This document shows positions 9,424-20,610 of a stretch of DNA of 64,000 nt, in pieces. The notes beneath the pieces were generated by a model, which made no database searches, was not told where the DNA came from, and saw only the letters and a list, made by a program, of their open reading frames with translations. Positions within the stretch are counted from its first letter, which is position 1, and each line of letters opens with the position of its first letter. The DNA is from Acidimicrobiales bacterium (GTDB lineage Bacteria > Actinomycetota > Acidimicrobiia > Acidimicrobiales > Bog-793), in assembly GCA_035533595.1 (NCBI GenBank), contig DATLTN010000006.1, positions 12,566-76,565 on the forward strand, read 5' to 3'. The position numbers and the translations under genes were made by a program.

Positions 9424-12111
9424 ATGCGGCTCTCCGGGGGGCCGCGAAGCGCGTCGTGGCGGCGGTGCCACGCCTGGCGGGCGCTGCTGGTCCCCCTCTC
9501 CCTCGCCCTTCTGCCGGCCCTGCTCGCTCCGGGCAGTGCCGCTGCCGCCGCGCCCGCGGCGCGGGCGGCGGGGCCGTGCCCGTGGGCGGCGCCCGAGGCC
9601 GCGGCGCGCGCGACCCCGACGACGCTTGCCGATGAGGTCCTCGCGCACATGGACCTCGCCGAGAAGCTCACCCTCCTCGCGCTCGCGCCGGGCGACGGCT
9701 ACGAGAACCGCGTCCGGGGCATCCGCGCCCTCTGCCTCCCGCCCTTCACGCTCCAGGACGGCCCCGACGGCCTCTCCGCCGGCGACCGCGGCGCCACCCA
9801 GCTGCCCTCCTCGCTCGGCGTCGCGGCGAGCTTCGACCCGACCCTCGCCGAGCGCTACGGCGCCGTGCAGGGCGCGGAGGCGCGCGGCCAGGGCATCGAC
9901 GTCGTGCAGGGGCCGAACCTCAACATCGACCGGGTGCCCGAGAGCGGGCGCGCCTTCGAGGGCTACGGCGAGGACCCCTACCTCGTCTCGGTGATGGGCG
10001 ACGCCGACATCGAGGGGATCCAGTCGGCGGGCGTCCTCGCCGACGCCAAGCACTTCACCGCCTACAACCAGGAGACCGACCGGGCCGCCCTGAACGAGCA
10101 GGTCGGGGAGCGGGCCCTGCAGGAGATCTACCTCGCGCCCTTCCGCGCCGCGGTGACGGTCGCGCACGTCGCCTCGATCATGTGCTCCTACGGCGAGGTG
10201 AACGGCGTCAACGACTGCTCGGACCCGGCGCTGTTCAAGGAGCTCTACCAGGGCTGGGGCTTCACCGGCTTCGTCCGCTCGGACCTCCGCTCGGTGACCT
10301 CACCGCCGCTCGCCTTCGCCGCCGGCCTCGACCTCATCAAGCCGGCGGCGACCGCAGTGCTGCGCAGCGCGTTCGCCGACCGCATCGTGAAGCCGTCCCG
10401 CCTCGACGACGCCGTGCGCCGCCTGCTCGAGGCGGAGTTCACCTTCCAGCTCATCGAGCACCCGCTCACCGGCCGCAGCGGCGCCGAGGTCGCCACCGCC
10501 GCGCACGCCCGCTTCGCGCTGCGCGCCGCGGAGGAGTCGATGGTGCTCCTCAAGGACTCGGGGGTGCTGCCCCTCAGCACCGGCCACCTCGCCTCGCTCG
10601 CCGTGATCGGCGCGGCGGCGAGCACCGCGCCGGTGGCCGCCGGCGGCGGCAGCGCCTACGTGCGCCCTCCCTTCGTCTCGCGGCCGCTCGCGGCGATCGC
10701 CGCGATCGTCGGCCCCCGCACCAAGGTGCGCTACGTCGCGGCGGGCACCGCGGTGCAGCCCTTCTCGCCGATCTCCCCCTCGAGCCTGCACTCCTTCTCC
10801 TTCACCGGGCCGGCACCCCTCGCGCTGCACGGGCAGGCGGCGGGCCTGCTCGCCCGGCAGTACGCGCCGACGGGCTTCTTCCCGGCGAGCCTCGAGCACG
10901 CGCTCTCGGAGTGGAGCGCGCGGGTGAGCGCGCCGGCGAGCGGCCACTACGACTTCTCGGTGACCGCGACCGGCAACGCCTGGCTCTCGGTCGGGGGCAA
11001 GCTCCTCCTCTCCACGCCCGGCACCCACCAGCTCTCCACCTGGACGGTGCCGGTCTTCCTCGTGAAGGGCCGGCCGACGGCGATCTCGCTCCGCTACTAC
11101 CCCTCGTCGCGCGGCGCCGTCCCCGTCGTCGGCTGGCGCTCGAGCGGCGCCGACATCGCCGCCGCGGTGCGCGCCGCGGCGCACGCCTCGGCGGCGGTGG
11201 TCTTCGTCAACGACGCGAACGCCGAGGGGAGCGATCGTCCCTCGCTCCGCCTCCCCGGCGACGAGAACGCCCTCGTCGAGGCGGTCGCCGCGGTCAACCG
11301 GCACACCGTCGTCGTCCTCGACACCGGCGGCCCGGTGCTGATGCCGTGGCTCGGTGACGTCGCGGCCGTCCTCGAGGCCTGGTACCCGGGGGAGCAGGAC
11401 GGGGCGGCGACCGCCGCGGTCCTCTTCGGGGCCAGCGACCCGTCGGGCCACCTGCCGGTGACCTTCCCGGCGGCCAACGGCGCCGTCCCCGCGCACAGCC
11501 CCGCGACCTGGCCGGGGGTGGCGGGCACCGTCTCGTACAGCGAGGGGCTGGAGGTCGGCTACCGCTACCAGCAGGCGCACGGTCTTACGCCGCTGTTCCC
11601 CTTCGGCTTCGGCCTCAGCTACACGCGCTTCTCCGAGTCGGGGCTGCGCGTCGTCGCCGACGCCGACGGCGGTGAGGAGGCGGTGGTCACCGTTCGCAAC
11701 CTCGGCCGACGCGCCGGGACCGACGTCGTCCAGGCCTACCTCGCCTTCCCACCAGCAGCGGGGGAGCCCCCCGAGCAGCTGAAGGCCTTCGTGCGCGTCC
11801 CGCTGGCCGCGCACGCGGCGACGACGGTGACCCTCGATCTCCCGGCGAGCGCCTTCACCGCCTACCTGAACGGGAGGTGGCAGGCGCTCCCCGGCCAGTA
11901 CACCCTCTCGGTCGGCGAGTCCTCGGCCGACCTCGGGCTGCGGGCGAGTGTCTTCGCGCCGGGCTTCAACCCGGGCGCTCCCGCGGTGGCGGGCGGGGCG
12001 GGCGCCTCCCCGTCGGGCGGCGGCGCGGCGACGAGCGGCGCCAGTGGCTCGAGCGGCGCCTCGGGCGCCGCGGTGGGGGTCACGGTCTCGGCGGCGAGGC
12101 GCTCCTCCTAG
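9424..12111 (+). CDS. Secreted glycoside hydrolase family 3 (beta-glucosidase-like) with PA14 insert
   Basis: It has an N-terminal signal-like hydrophobic segment, the GH3 motifs KHFTAYNQE and GFTGFVRSDL (nucleophile Asp region), and a PA14-like insert (GHYDFSVTATGNAWLSVGGKLLL). The C-terminal tail is Gly/Ala/Ser-rich. Confidence 0.85.
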   Translation: MRLSGGPRSASWRRCHAWRALLVPLSLALLPALLAPGSAAAAAPAARAAGPCPWAAPEAAARATPTTLADEVLAHMDLAEKLTLLALAPGDGYENRVRGIRALCLPPFTLQDGPDGLSAGDRGATQLPSSLGVAASFDPTLAERYGAVQGAEARGQGIDVVQGPNLNIDRVPESGRAFEGYGEDPYLVSVMGDADIEGIQSAGVLADAKHFTAYNQETDRAALNEQVGERALQEIYLAPFRAAVTVAHVASIMCSYGEVNGVNDCSDPALFKELYQGWGFTGFVRSDLRSVTSPPLAFAAGLDLIKPAATAVLRSAFADRIVKPSRLDDAVRRLLEAEFTFQLIEHPLTGRSGAEVATAAHARFALRAAEESMVLLKDSGVLPLSTGHLASLAVIGAAASTAPVAAGGGSAYVRPPFVSRPLAAIAAIVGPRTKVRYVAAGTAVQPFSPISPSSLHSFSFTGPAPLALHGQAAGLLARQYAPTGFFPASLEHALSEWSARVSAPASGHYDFSVTATGNAWLSVGGKLLLSTPGTHQLSTWTVPVFLVKGRPTAISLRYYPSSRGAVPVVGWRSSGADIAAAVRAAAHASAAVVFVNDANAEGSDRPSLRLPGDENALVEAVAAVNRHTVVVLDTGGPVLMPWLGDVAAVLEAWYPGEQDGAATAAVLFGASDPSGHLPVTFPAANGAVPAHSPATWPGVAGTVSYSEGLEVGYRYQQAHGLTPLFPFGFGLSYTRFSESGLRVVADADGGEEAVVTVRNLGRRAGTDVVQAYLAFPPAAGEPPEQLKAFVRVPLAAHAATTVTLDLPASAFTAYLNGRWQALPGQYTLSVGESSADLGLRASVFAPGFNPGAPAVAGGAGASPSGGGAATSGASGSSGASGAAVGVTVSAARRSS

Positions 12112-12141
12112 GCTCGGGGCGCCACTTCGAGAGGAGATCCC

Positions 12142-13008
12142 ATGCAGCTCGGTCCCGTCGGTCTCTGGGCCCAGCAGTTCCGCACCGCACCGCGCGCCGA
12201 GGCGCTCGCCGCGATCGGCCCCGTCGAGCAGCTCGGCTTCGCGGCGGTGTGGATCCCCGGCGGTGGGACCGACGAGATCCTCGACGTCGCCGACGAGCTG
12301 CTCGCCGCGAGCGAGCGGATCGTCATCGCCTCGGGGATCCTCAACATCTGGATGCACGACCCCGCGGCGGTCGCCGCGCAGCACCAGGAGTTGAACGCCG
12401 AGCACGACGGGCGCTTCCTCCTCGGCCTCGGGGTCTCGCACGCCTCGATCGTCGAGCAGAACACGGCTGAGGCCTACCGTCGGCCGCTCGCGGTGATGAG
12501 CGCCTTTCTCGACGGCCTCGACGGCGCCGCGGCGCCGGTGCCGAGGGAGGAGCGCTGCCTCGCGGCGCTCGGCCCGCGCATGCTCGAGATGGCGCGTGAC
12601 CGCTCCGCGGGCGCCCACCCCTACTGCATCACCCCCGAGCACACCCGCTTCGCCCGTGGCGTCCTCGGCGCCGGGCCGCTGCTCGCGCCCGAGCTGAAGG
12701 CGGTGCTCGAGACCGACGCCGGCCGCGCCCGCGCGATCGCCCGTGCCCACCTCGACCGCTACCTCCGCCAGCCGAACTACGCGAACAACCTCGTCCGTCT
12801 CGGCTACGCGGCCGACGACCTCGCCGATGCCGGGACCGACCAGGTGGTGGACGACCTCGTCGCCTGGGGGAGCGCGGCCGACGTCGCGGAGCGGGTCGCC
12901 GCGCACCGCGAGGCGGGCGCCGACCACGTCTGCATCCAGGTCCTCACCGAGGACCCCGTCGCCTTCCCGCATCGGGAGTGGGAGGAGCTCGCCGCCGTCC
13001 TCTGCTAG
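12142..13008 (+). CDS. LLM-class (luciferase-like) F420-dependent oxidoreductase
   Basis: The N-terminus MQLGPVGLWAQQF...LGFAAVWIPGG and the length are typical of this family. A GAGAGGAG-type RBS lies upstream. Confidence 0.7.
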   Translation: MQLGPVGLWAQQFRTAPRAEALAAIGPVEQLGFAAVWIPGGGTDEILDVADELLAASERIVIASGILNIWMHDPAAVAAQHQELNAEHDGRFLLGLGVSHASIVEQNTAEAYRRPLAVMSAFLDGLDGAAAPVPREERCLAALGPRMLEMARDRSAGAHPYCITPEHTRFARGVLGAGPLLAPELKAVLETDAGRARAIARAHLDRYLRQPNYANNLVRLGYAADDLADAGTDQVVDDLVAWGSAADVAERVAAHREAGADHVCIQVLTEDPVAFPHREWEELAAVLC

Positions 13009-13019
13009 CGGTCAGCGGC

Positions 13020-13045
13020 GGGCGGGGACGGTACTGTCCCCGCCC
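13020..13045. terminator. Perfect 10-bp GC-rich hairpin between convergent genes (putative bidirectional terminator)
   Basis: GGGCGGGGAC (13020-13029) pairs with GTCCCCGCCC (13036-13045) around a 6-nt loop. It sits between the stop at 13008 (+) and the stop at 13050 (-). There is no U-tract. Confidence 0.55.
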
Positions 13046-13049
13046 CCTC

Positions 13050-15142
<2,093 letters not shown>

Positions 15143-15146
<4 letters not shown>

Positions 15147-16513
15147 TCGCGCAGCAATTCCGCGACGCGAAAGGAGAGGTCGATGGCCTGCCTGGCGTTG
15201 AGTCGGGGGTCGCAGGTCGTGGTGTAACGGAGGGGGAGGTGCTCCTCGAGGATGTCCTCGACGCCGCCGAGGCACTCGGTCACGTCGTCGCCGGTGAGCT
15301 CGACGTGCACGCCGCCGGGCCAGGTGCCCTCCGCGCGGTGCACGGCGAAGAAGCCGCGGATCTCGCTCAGCACGTCGTCGAAGTGCCGAGTCTTCAGCCC
15401 GTCGCCGGCGCTGAAGGTATTGCCGTGCATCGGGTCGCACTCCCAGATGACGGGGTGGCCGGCGTCGGTGACGGCGCGCACGAGCCGGGGGAGGAGCGTG
15501 GTCACGTTGGCGTGGCCGAGGCGGGTGATGAGCGTGAGGCGTCCGGGGATGCGCTCGGGGTTCAGCACCTCACAGAGCGCGAGTGCCTCCTCGGGGCTCG
15601 CCTCGGGGCCGAGCTTCACGCCGATCGGGTTGTGCACGCCGGCGAGGAACTCGACGTGCGCCCCGTCGAGCTGGCGGGTCCGCTCGCCGATCCACAGCAT
15701 GTGCGCCGAGCAGTCGTAGAAGTCGCCGGTGAGCGAGTCCTCTCGGGTGAGCGCCTGCTCGTAGTCGAGCAGCAGCGCCTCGTGGCTCGTGAAGAAGTCG
15801 ACCTGCTGGATGGTCGCCTCGCTCGCGAGGTCGACCCCGCAGGCGCGCATGAAGCGCAGCGCCCGGTCGATCTCCCCGGCGATCGCCTCGTAACGACGTC
15901 CCTCCGCGCTCGAGGCGACGAACTGCTGGTTCCACAGGTGCACCTGGGAGAGGTCGGCGAAGCCGCCCTTGGTGAAGGCGCGCAGCAGGTTGAGGGTCGA
16001 CGCGGAGTGGTGGTAGGCGCGGATCATGCGCGCCGGGTCCGGGATGCGGGCGGCGGGCACGGGAGCGTCGTCGTTCACGATGTGGCCGCGGAAAGAGGGC
16101 ATCTCGACCTCCCCCACCCGCTCGGTGGGCGAGGTCCGCGGCTTCGCGAACTGCCCGGCGATGCGGCCGATCTTCACTACCGGGACGCCCGACCCGTAGG
16201 TCAGCACCACGGCCATCTGCAGGATGACCTTCAGCTTGTCCCTGATCTCGTCCGCCGAGAGGGCGTTGAAGGACTCCGCGCAGTCGCCGGCCTGCAGCAC
16301 GAAGGCCCGTCCCTCGGCGACGCTGCGCAGCGCCTTGGTGAGGGTGCGCGCCTCGCCGGCGAAGACGAGCGGCGGGAGCGTCGCGAGGTCGGCGCGGGTC
16401 GACTCGAGGGCCTCGGGGTCCGGCCACTCGGGGGTCTGCGCGGCGGGTCTCGCCTGCCAGGAGGAGGGGCTCCAGTCGCCGCGGAAGCTGCGGGAGGTCT
16501 CGGCCATGGCCAA
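15143..16513 (-). CDS. Class II 3-deoxy-7-phosphoheptulonate (DAHP) synthase
   Basis: At 456 aa it has the typical class II length. The N-terminal W..PAAQTPEWPD, VFAGEARTL and LQAGDCAESF are class II DAHPS motifs. Confidence 0.9.
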
Positions 16514-16623
16514 AGCGTAGGCACTCGTCGCGGCCGTGTCGGACGGATTGCATTGGCCTTACAGGATCCTCACACTTACCCTGGGGCGATGAAGCGGCCC
16601 GGTCGCGCGGCAGGGATCCCCCG

Positions 16624-17229
16624 GTGACGACCCGCATCGGCGTCTTCGGGGGCACCTTCGACCCGGTGCACGTCGGCCATCTCGTCGCCGCCGTGAACGC
16701 CCGCTACACCCTCGAGCTCGACCGCGTCCTCCTCGTCGTCGCCAACGAGCCGTGGCAGAAGGCAGACGAGCGCCCCGTCACCCCCGCGGTCGACCGCTTC
16801 GCGCTCGTCGCCGCGGCGGTCTCGGAGAGCGAGGGGATCGAGGCCTCCGACCTCGAGATCCGCCGCGGCGGCCCCTCCTACACCGCGGACACCGTGATCG
16901 AGCTCGGGGCGCTTCACGCCGGCGCCGAGCTGTTCGTGATCGTCGGGGCCGACGTCGTGCCCGGCCTCTCGACCTGGCAGCGCGTCGACGAGGTGCGCGA
17001 GCTCGCGACCCTCGTCGTCGTCAACCGCCCCGGCGCAGCGGCCGTCGACATCGCGACGAGCCCGCACCTCAGGGGCTTCCGTGCGGTGGCGATCGAGGTC
17101 CCGGCCCTCGAGATCTCGAGCACGGACCTGCGCGACCGGGCGGCGACGGGGCGCCCGCTCGACTTCCTCGTCCCGGGGCCGGCGGTCCGCCTGCTACGCG
17201 AACGCGGCCTGTACGCTCTCAGCAGATGA
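16624..17229 (+). CDS. nadD: Nicotinate-nucleotide adenylyltransferase
   Basis: It has GVFGGTFDPVHVGH (the HxGH motif) and LEISSTDLR (the ISSTxxR motif). Confidence 0.92.
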   Translation: MTTRIGVFGGTFDPVHVGHLVAAVNARYTLELDRVLLVVANEPWQKADERPVTPAVDRFALVAAAVSESEGIEASDLEIRRGGPSYTADTVIELGALHAGAELFVIVGADVVPGLSTWQRVDEVRELATLVVVNRPGAAAVDIATSPHLRGFRAVAIEVPALEISSTDLRDRAATGRPLDFLVPGPAVRLLRERGLYALSR

Positions 17230-17272
17230 GTCACTACGGCGCTCCAGCGATGCCACGCGGCGGTTCCGCCCG

Positions 17273-17647
17273 TTGACCCTCGAGCTCGCCCAGGTCGCCG
17301 CTCGCGCCGCGGCCAGCAAGACGGACGAGTCCACCGTGCTGCTCGAGGTCGGTGAGCTGCTCGGGATCACCGACCACTTCATCGTCACGAGCGGCAGGAA
17401 CAACCGGCAGATGAAGTCGATCGTCGACGAGATCTCGCGACGCCTGCGCGAGGCCGCGGGGACCCTCGAGCGCCGCATCGAGGGGAACGACTCCGGCGAG
17501 TGGATCCTCCTCGACTACGGGGACTTCGTCGTGCACGTCTTCTCCGAGACCGCCCGCGAGTACTACGACCTCGAGCGGTTGTGGGCCGACGCCCCCCGCC
17601 GCGACTTCGACGACGAGCTGACGCCGTCGGCCGGGCAGGCCCGCTAA
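17273..17647 (+). CDS. rsfS: Ribosome silencing factor RsfS
   Basis: ITDHFIVTSGRNNRQMKSIVDEI and WILLDYGDFVVHVF are the Iojap/RsfS signature, and the gene follows nadD as usual. I set the start at TTG 17273 because ORF 17081.. overlaps nadD upstream of it. Confidence 0.85.
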   Translation: MTLELAQVAARAAASKTDESTVLLEVGELLGITDHFIVTSGRNNRQMKSIVDEISRRLREAAGTLERRIEGNDSGEWILLDYGDFVVHVFSETAREYYDLERLWADAPRRDFDDELTPSAGQAR

Positions 17648-17650
17648 CCC

Positions 17651-18277
17651 TCAGCAGGCCGTCGGCGCCGCCGCACCCTTCGGTGCGATCTTCAGGTAGT
17701 CCTTGCGCGTCACGGCGCGGCCGGCGGCGAGCAGGAAGTTCGGGAGCAGCGCCGGCAGCGGCTGGCCGTCGAGCATGAACAGCACGCCGGTGTACGCGCA
17801 CCCGTGGTTGTTCGCCGGGTCGAGCAGGGTGTACACGATCTCCCCGTAGGCGTCGGCGAGCAGGCTCCCCTCGAGGCTGCGGATCTCGGGTGGGAGCTGC
17901 ACGGTGAGGTCGCCGCGGCTCGCGTTCGGGTTCGCGAGGCCGAGCGCGTCGTTCGGGCTGAGGACGTTGAAGATGTGGCCGCCCTTCTCGTCGGCCTCGC
18001 CCGGCGTGGGCTCGAGGACGAGGAGCGTCAACAGCGTCGCCGGGCTGAGGTTGGTCACCGCCCGCGTCACCCCCCGCAGACGGGTGCCCTGCATGTAGTA
18101 GATGGTCGCCTTCTGGGATCCGCTGCTCCCCGTCGCCGTGCTCGTCGGCGTCGGCGGGTTGTTCGGGAGGCCGCGGATCGTGTTCGGGGTGGCGTCGAGC
18201 GGGATGCCGCAGGCGGGCAGCGCGGCGAGCCCCGCGAGGAGCGCGAAGAGCGCGGCGCGTCGGGAGCGGCGGCTCAC
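17651..18277 (-). CDS. GerMN-type lipoprotein in the LpqB position (short)
   Basis: GTG at 18277 overlaps the kinase stop (GTGA). A lipobox LAALPAC-G follows RRSRRAALFALLAG. The gene lies downstream of an mtrA/mtrB-like pair, as lpqB does in actinobacteria, but is only ~208 aa. Confidence 0.7.
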   Translation of the reverse strand: MSRRSRRAALFALLAGLAALPACGIPLDATPNTIRGLPNNPPTPTSTATGSSGSQKATIYYMQGTRLRGVTRAVTNLSPATLLTLLVLEPTPGEADEKGGHIFNVLSPNDALGLANPNASRGDLTVQLPPEIRSLEGSLLADAYGEIVYTLLDPANNHGCAYTGVLFMLDGQPLPALLPNFLLAAGRAVTRKDYLKIAPKGAAAPTAC

Positions 18278-19821
18278 TGCTCCTCCTCCTCTTCCTCGCC
18301 GGCGCCCGGGGCGGTGAGGGGGACCTCGACGACGAAGCGCGCCCCTCCCCCCGCGCGGTCCTCCACCCACACCCGCCCGCCGTGCAGCCGGACGTGCTCG
18401 GCGACGAGCGCGAGGCCGAGCCCCGAGCCGCCGCCGCGGCCGCGGCGGCCGGCGGCGACGGTCCCTCTGGCGAAGCGCTCGAAGATGCGGCTGCGCTCGC
18501 CCTCGGGGACGCCCGGCCCCTCGTCCTCGACCGCGATGCGCACGAAGTCCGCCTCGGCGGTGCCGGCGTACTCGACCGAGACGCGCACCGCGCCACCGCC
18601 GTGGCGCGCCGCGTTGTCGACGAGGTTCGTCATCACCCGCTCGACCCGCCGCTTGTCGGCGGTGATCTTGCGCTGCCCGACGAGCGGGTCGATCTCGAGC
18701 GGCACGTGGTCGGCGGCGGAGGCGGCGAGGGCGTTCTCCACGAGCTCGCCCACCTCGACGAGGCTCATCTGGAAGTCGACCGAGCCGGCGTCGAGGCGCG
18801 AGATCTCGAGCAGGTCGCGGACCATCGCCTGGAAGCGGTGCACCTCGGCCGAGAGGAGGTCGAGCGCCTGTTGGGCGCGCTCGGGGAGCTCCTCGCGACG
18901 GGACTCGATCACCGACAGCGAGGTGGCGAGGGTGGTGAGCGGCGAGCGCAGCTCGTGGCTGACGTCCGAGGCGAAGCGCGCGTCGTGCTCGATGCGCTGC
19001 TGGAGGCGGTCGACCATCTGGTTGAACGACGAGCTGAGCACCGCGAGGTCACCCGAGCCCTGCGCCTCGATGCGCGAGTCGAGGCGGCCGTCGGCGATCG
19101 CGCTCGCGACCTCGGCGATCGAGCGCAGCGGCCGCAGCACCCGGTCGGCCCCCCAGCGCCCGAGGATCATCCCGGCGAACACCGTCACCGCCGAGGCGAG
19201 GGCGAGCGCCGCGAGGAGCAGGTGCAGGGTGTGGCTGACGGGCTGGGTCGAGATCAGCGCGAAGTAGCGGGCGTTCGGCCCGCCGGGGGTCGGCACGGCG
19301 TAGCCGACGAGGATGTAGGCGCCGCAGGGCGGGAACTGCACGATCTGCTCCGCGGCCTTGCCCGCGGAGACGGCCTTCGTCACGCCGTAGGCGCTGAGCG
19401 CCTTCTCGGTGTTCGGGGAGCCCTCGGGGGTGAGGAAGAGGTAGGTGTCGTCGGGCACCCAGTCGCCGCCCGCGTTGAGGACCGAGGTGGCGAGGGGGCA
19501 GGTGCTCGTGTCCTGGCCGGCGGCGGCGTCGATCGGGGCGATCAGCCCCTCGATCGCGTAGACGTTCTCCCCCTTGTTGAGGTTCTGGCCGAAGAGGGTG
19601 GCGTTGGCCTCGGCGCGGGTCACCGCGCTCTGCACGAACTGGTTGAGCGTCGCCCGCCGCACGGCGAAGTAGGCGGTGCTCGTGACGACGATGCAGAGCG
19701 CGAGGGCGCCGAGGCCGAAGCTCAGCATGAGGCGCACCCGCAGCTGCGGGCGGAGATGGCGGAGGCGGCGCCCGAGGCGCCACGGCCGCTCGCGCCGTGC
19801 CGCCGGCGCGCGCACGCTCAC
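18274..19821 (-). CDS. mtrB: Sensor histidine kinase (MtrB-like)
   Basis: Two TM segments flank an extracytoplasmic domain, followed by HAMP. The H-box is SHELRSPLTT, the N-box NLVDNAARHG, and the G-boxes DEGPGV and GSGLGLALV. Confidence 0.85.
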   Translation of the reverse strand: MSVRAPAARRERPWRLGRRLRHLRPQLRVRLMLSFGLGALALCIVVTSTAYFAVRRATLNQFVQSAVTRAEANATLFGQNLNKGENVYAIEGLIAPIDAAAGQDTSTCPLATSVLNAGGDWVPDDTYLFLTPEGSPNTEKALSAYGVTKAVSAGKAAEQIVQFPPCGAYILVGYAVPTPGGPNARYFALISTQPVSHTLHLLLAALALASAVTVFAGMILGRWGADRVLRPLRSIAEVASAIADGRLDSRIEAQGSGDLAVLSSSFNQMVDRLQQRIEHDARFASDVSHELRSPLTTLATSLSVIESRREELPERAQQALDLLSAEVHRFQAMVRDLLEISRLDAGSVDFQMSLVEVGELVENALAASAADHVPLEIDPLVGQRKITADKRRVERVMTNLVDNAARHGGGAVRVSVEYAGTAEADFVRIAVEDEGPGVPEGERSRIFERFARGTVAAGRRGRGGGSGLGLALVAEHVRLHGGRVWVEDRAGGGARFVVEVPLTAPGAGEEEEEEQ

Positions 19822-20514
19822 CTAGGGGGCGAGCTTGTAGCCGAGACCCCGCACGGTGAGGACGTGGTGGGGATTGGCGGGGTCCGGCTCGACCTTGGTG
19901 CGCAGCCGGCGCACGTGGACGTCGACGAGCCGGCCGTCGCCGAAGTAGTCGTAGCTCCACACCCGCTCGAGGAGCTGCTCGCGCGAGAGCACCTTGCCGG
20001 GGTTGGCGGCGAGCTCGCACAGCAGCAGGAACTCGGTGCGGGTGAGGTGCACCTCGACGCTCGCGACCCGCACGACACCCGCCTCGGGGAGGATCTCGAG
20101 ATCGCCGAAGGTGAGCACCGCCGGGCCGCCCTCGGCGAGGCGCGCCCGCCGCAAAAGGGCGCGGATGCGCGCCGCCAGCTCCTTCGGCTCGAAGGGCTTG
20201 GTCACGTAGTCGTCGGCACCCGCCTCGAGGCCGGCGACGACGTCGTGGGTGTCGGTGCGCGCCGTCACCATGATGATTGGGATCGCGCTCTGCCGGCGGA
20301 GCTCGCGGCAGCACGCGAAGCCGTCGATCCCCGGCAGCATGATGTCGATGATCATCAGGTCGAAGGGCTGTGAGACGAGCGACTGCCCGAAGATCTCGAG
20401 GGCCTCCTCGCCGCTCGCGGCCTCGGTGACGTCGTAGCCCTCGTCCTCGAGCGCGAGGCACATCGAGGCGCGGATCCGCTCGTCGTCCTCGACGATCAGG
20501 ATGTGGCTCGCCAT
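19822..20514 (-). CDS. mtrA: OmpR-family response regulator (MtrA-like)
   Basis: The start is set at ATG 20514 (MASHILIVEDDE). The receiver Asp lies in LMIIDIMLPGIDG. The winged helix shows LTRTEFLLLCELA and TVRGLGYKL. Confidence 0.88.
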   Translation of the reverse strand: MASHILIVEDDERIRASMCLALEDEGYDVTEAASGEEALEIFGQSLVSQPFDLMIIDIMLPGIDGFACCRELRRQSAIPIIMVTARTDTHDVVAGLEAGADDYVTKPFEPKELAARIRALLRRARLAEGGPAVLTFGDLEILPEAGVVRVASVEVHLTRTEFLLLCELAANPGKVLSREQLLERVWSYDYFGDGRLVDVHVRRLRTKVEPDPANPHHVLTVRGLGYKLAP

Positions 20515-20610
20515 GGCTGCATTCTCCCCCCGTACGGCGCCCCCGGGGGATCCTCGGCCCGAGTGCCCAAGTGCCAGCCCCCGTCGTGGGGTCATCGTTA
20601 GCCTAGGCCC

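Noticed and set aside
6286-10167. The longest ORF in the window (1293 aa, minus strand).
   Set aside because: It is antisense to five plus-strand genes with clear domain signatures (MoxR ATPase, VWA, flavin reductase, histidine phosphatase, GH3). Its translation is Arg/Gly/Ala/Glu-rich with no motifs. This is a typical stop-free antisense frame in high-GC DNA.
16548-16576. A possible sigma-70-like promoter for nadD (TTGCAT, 17 nt, CACACT) in the aroH/nadD divergent spacer.
   Set aside because: The -10 match is weak and there is no independent support, so it is too speculative to list as a feature.
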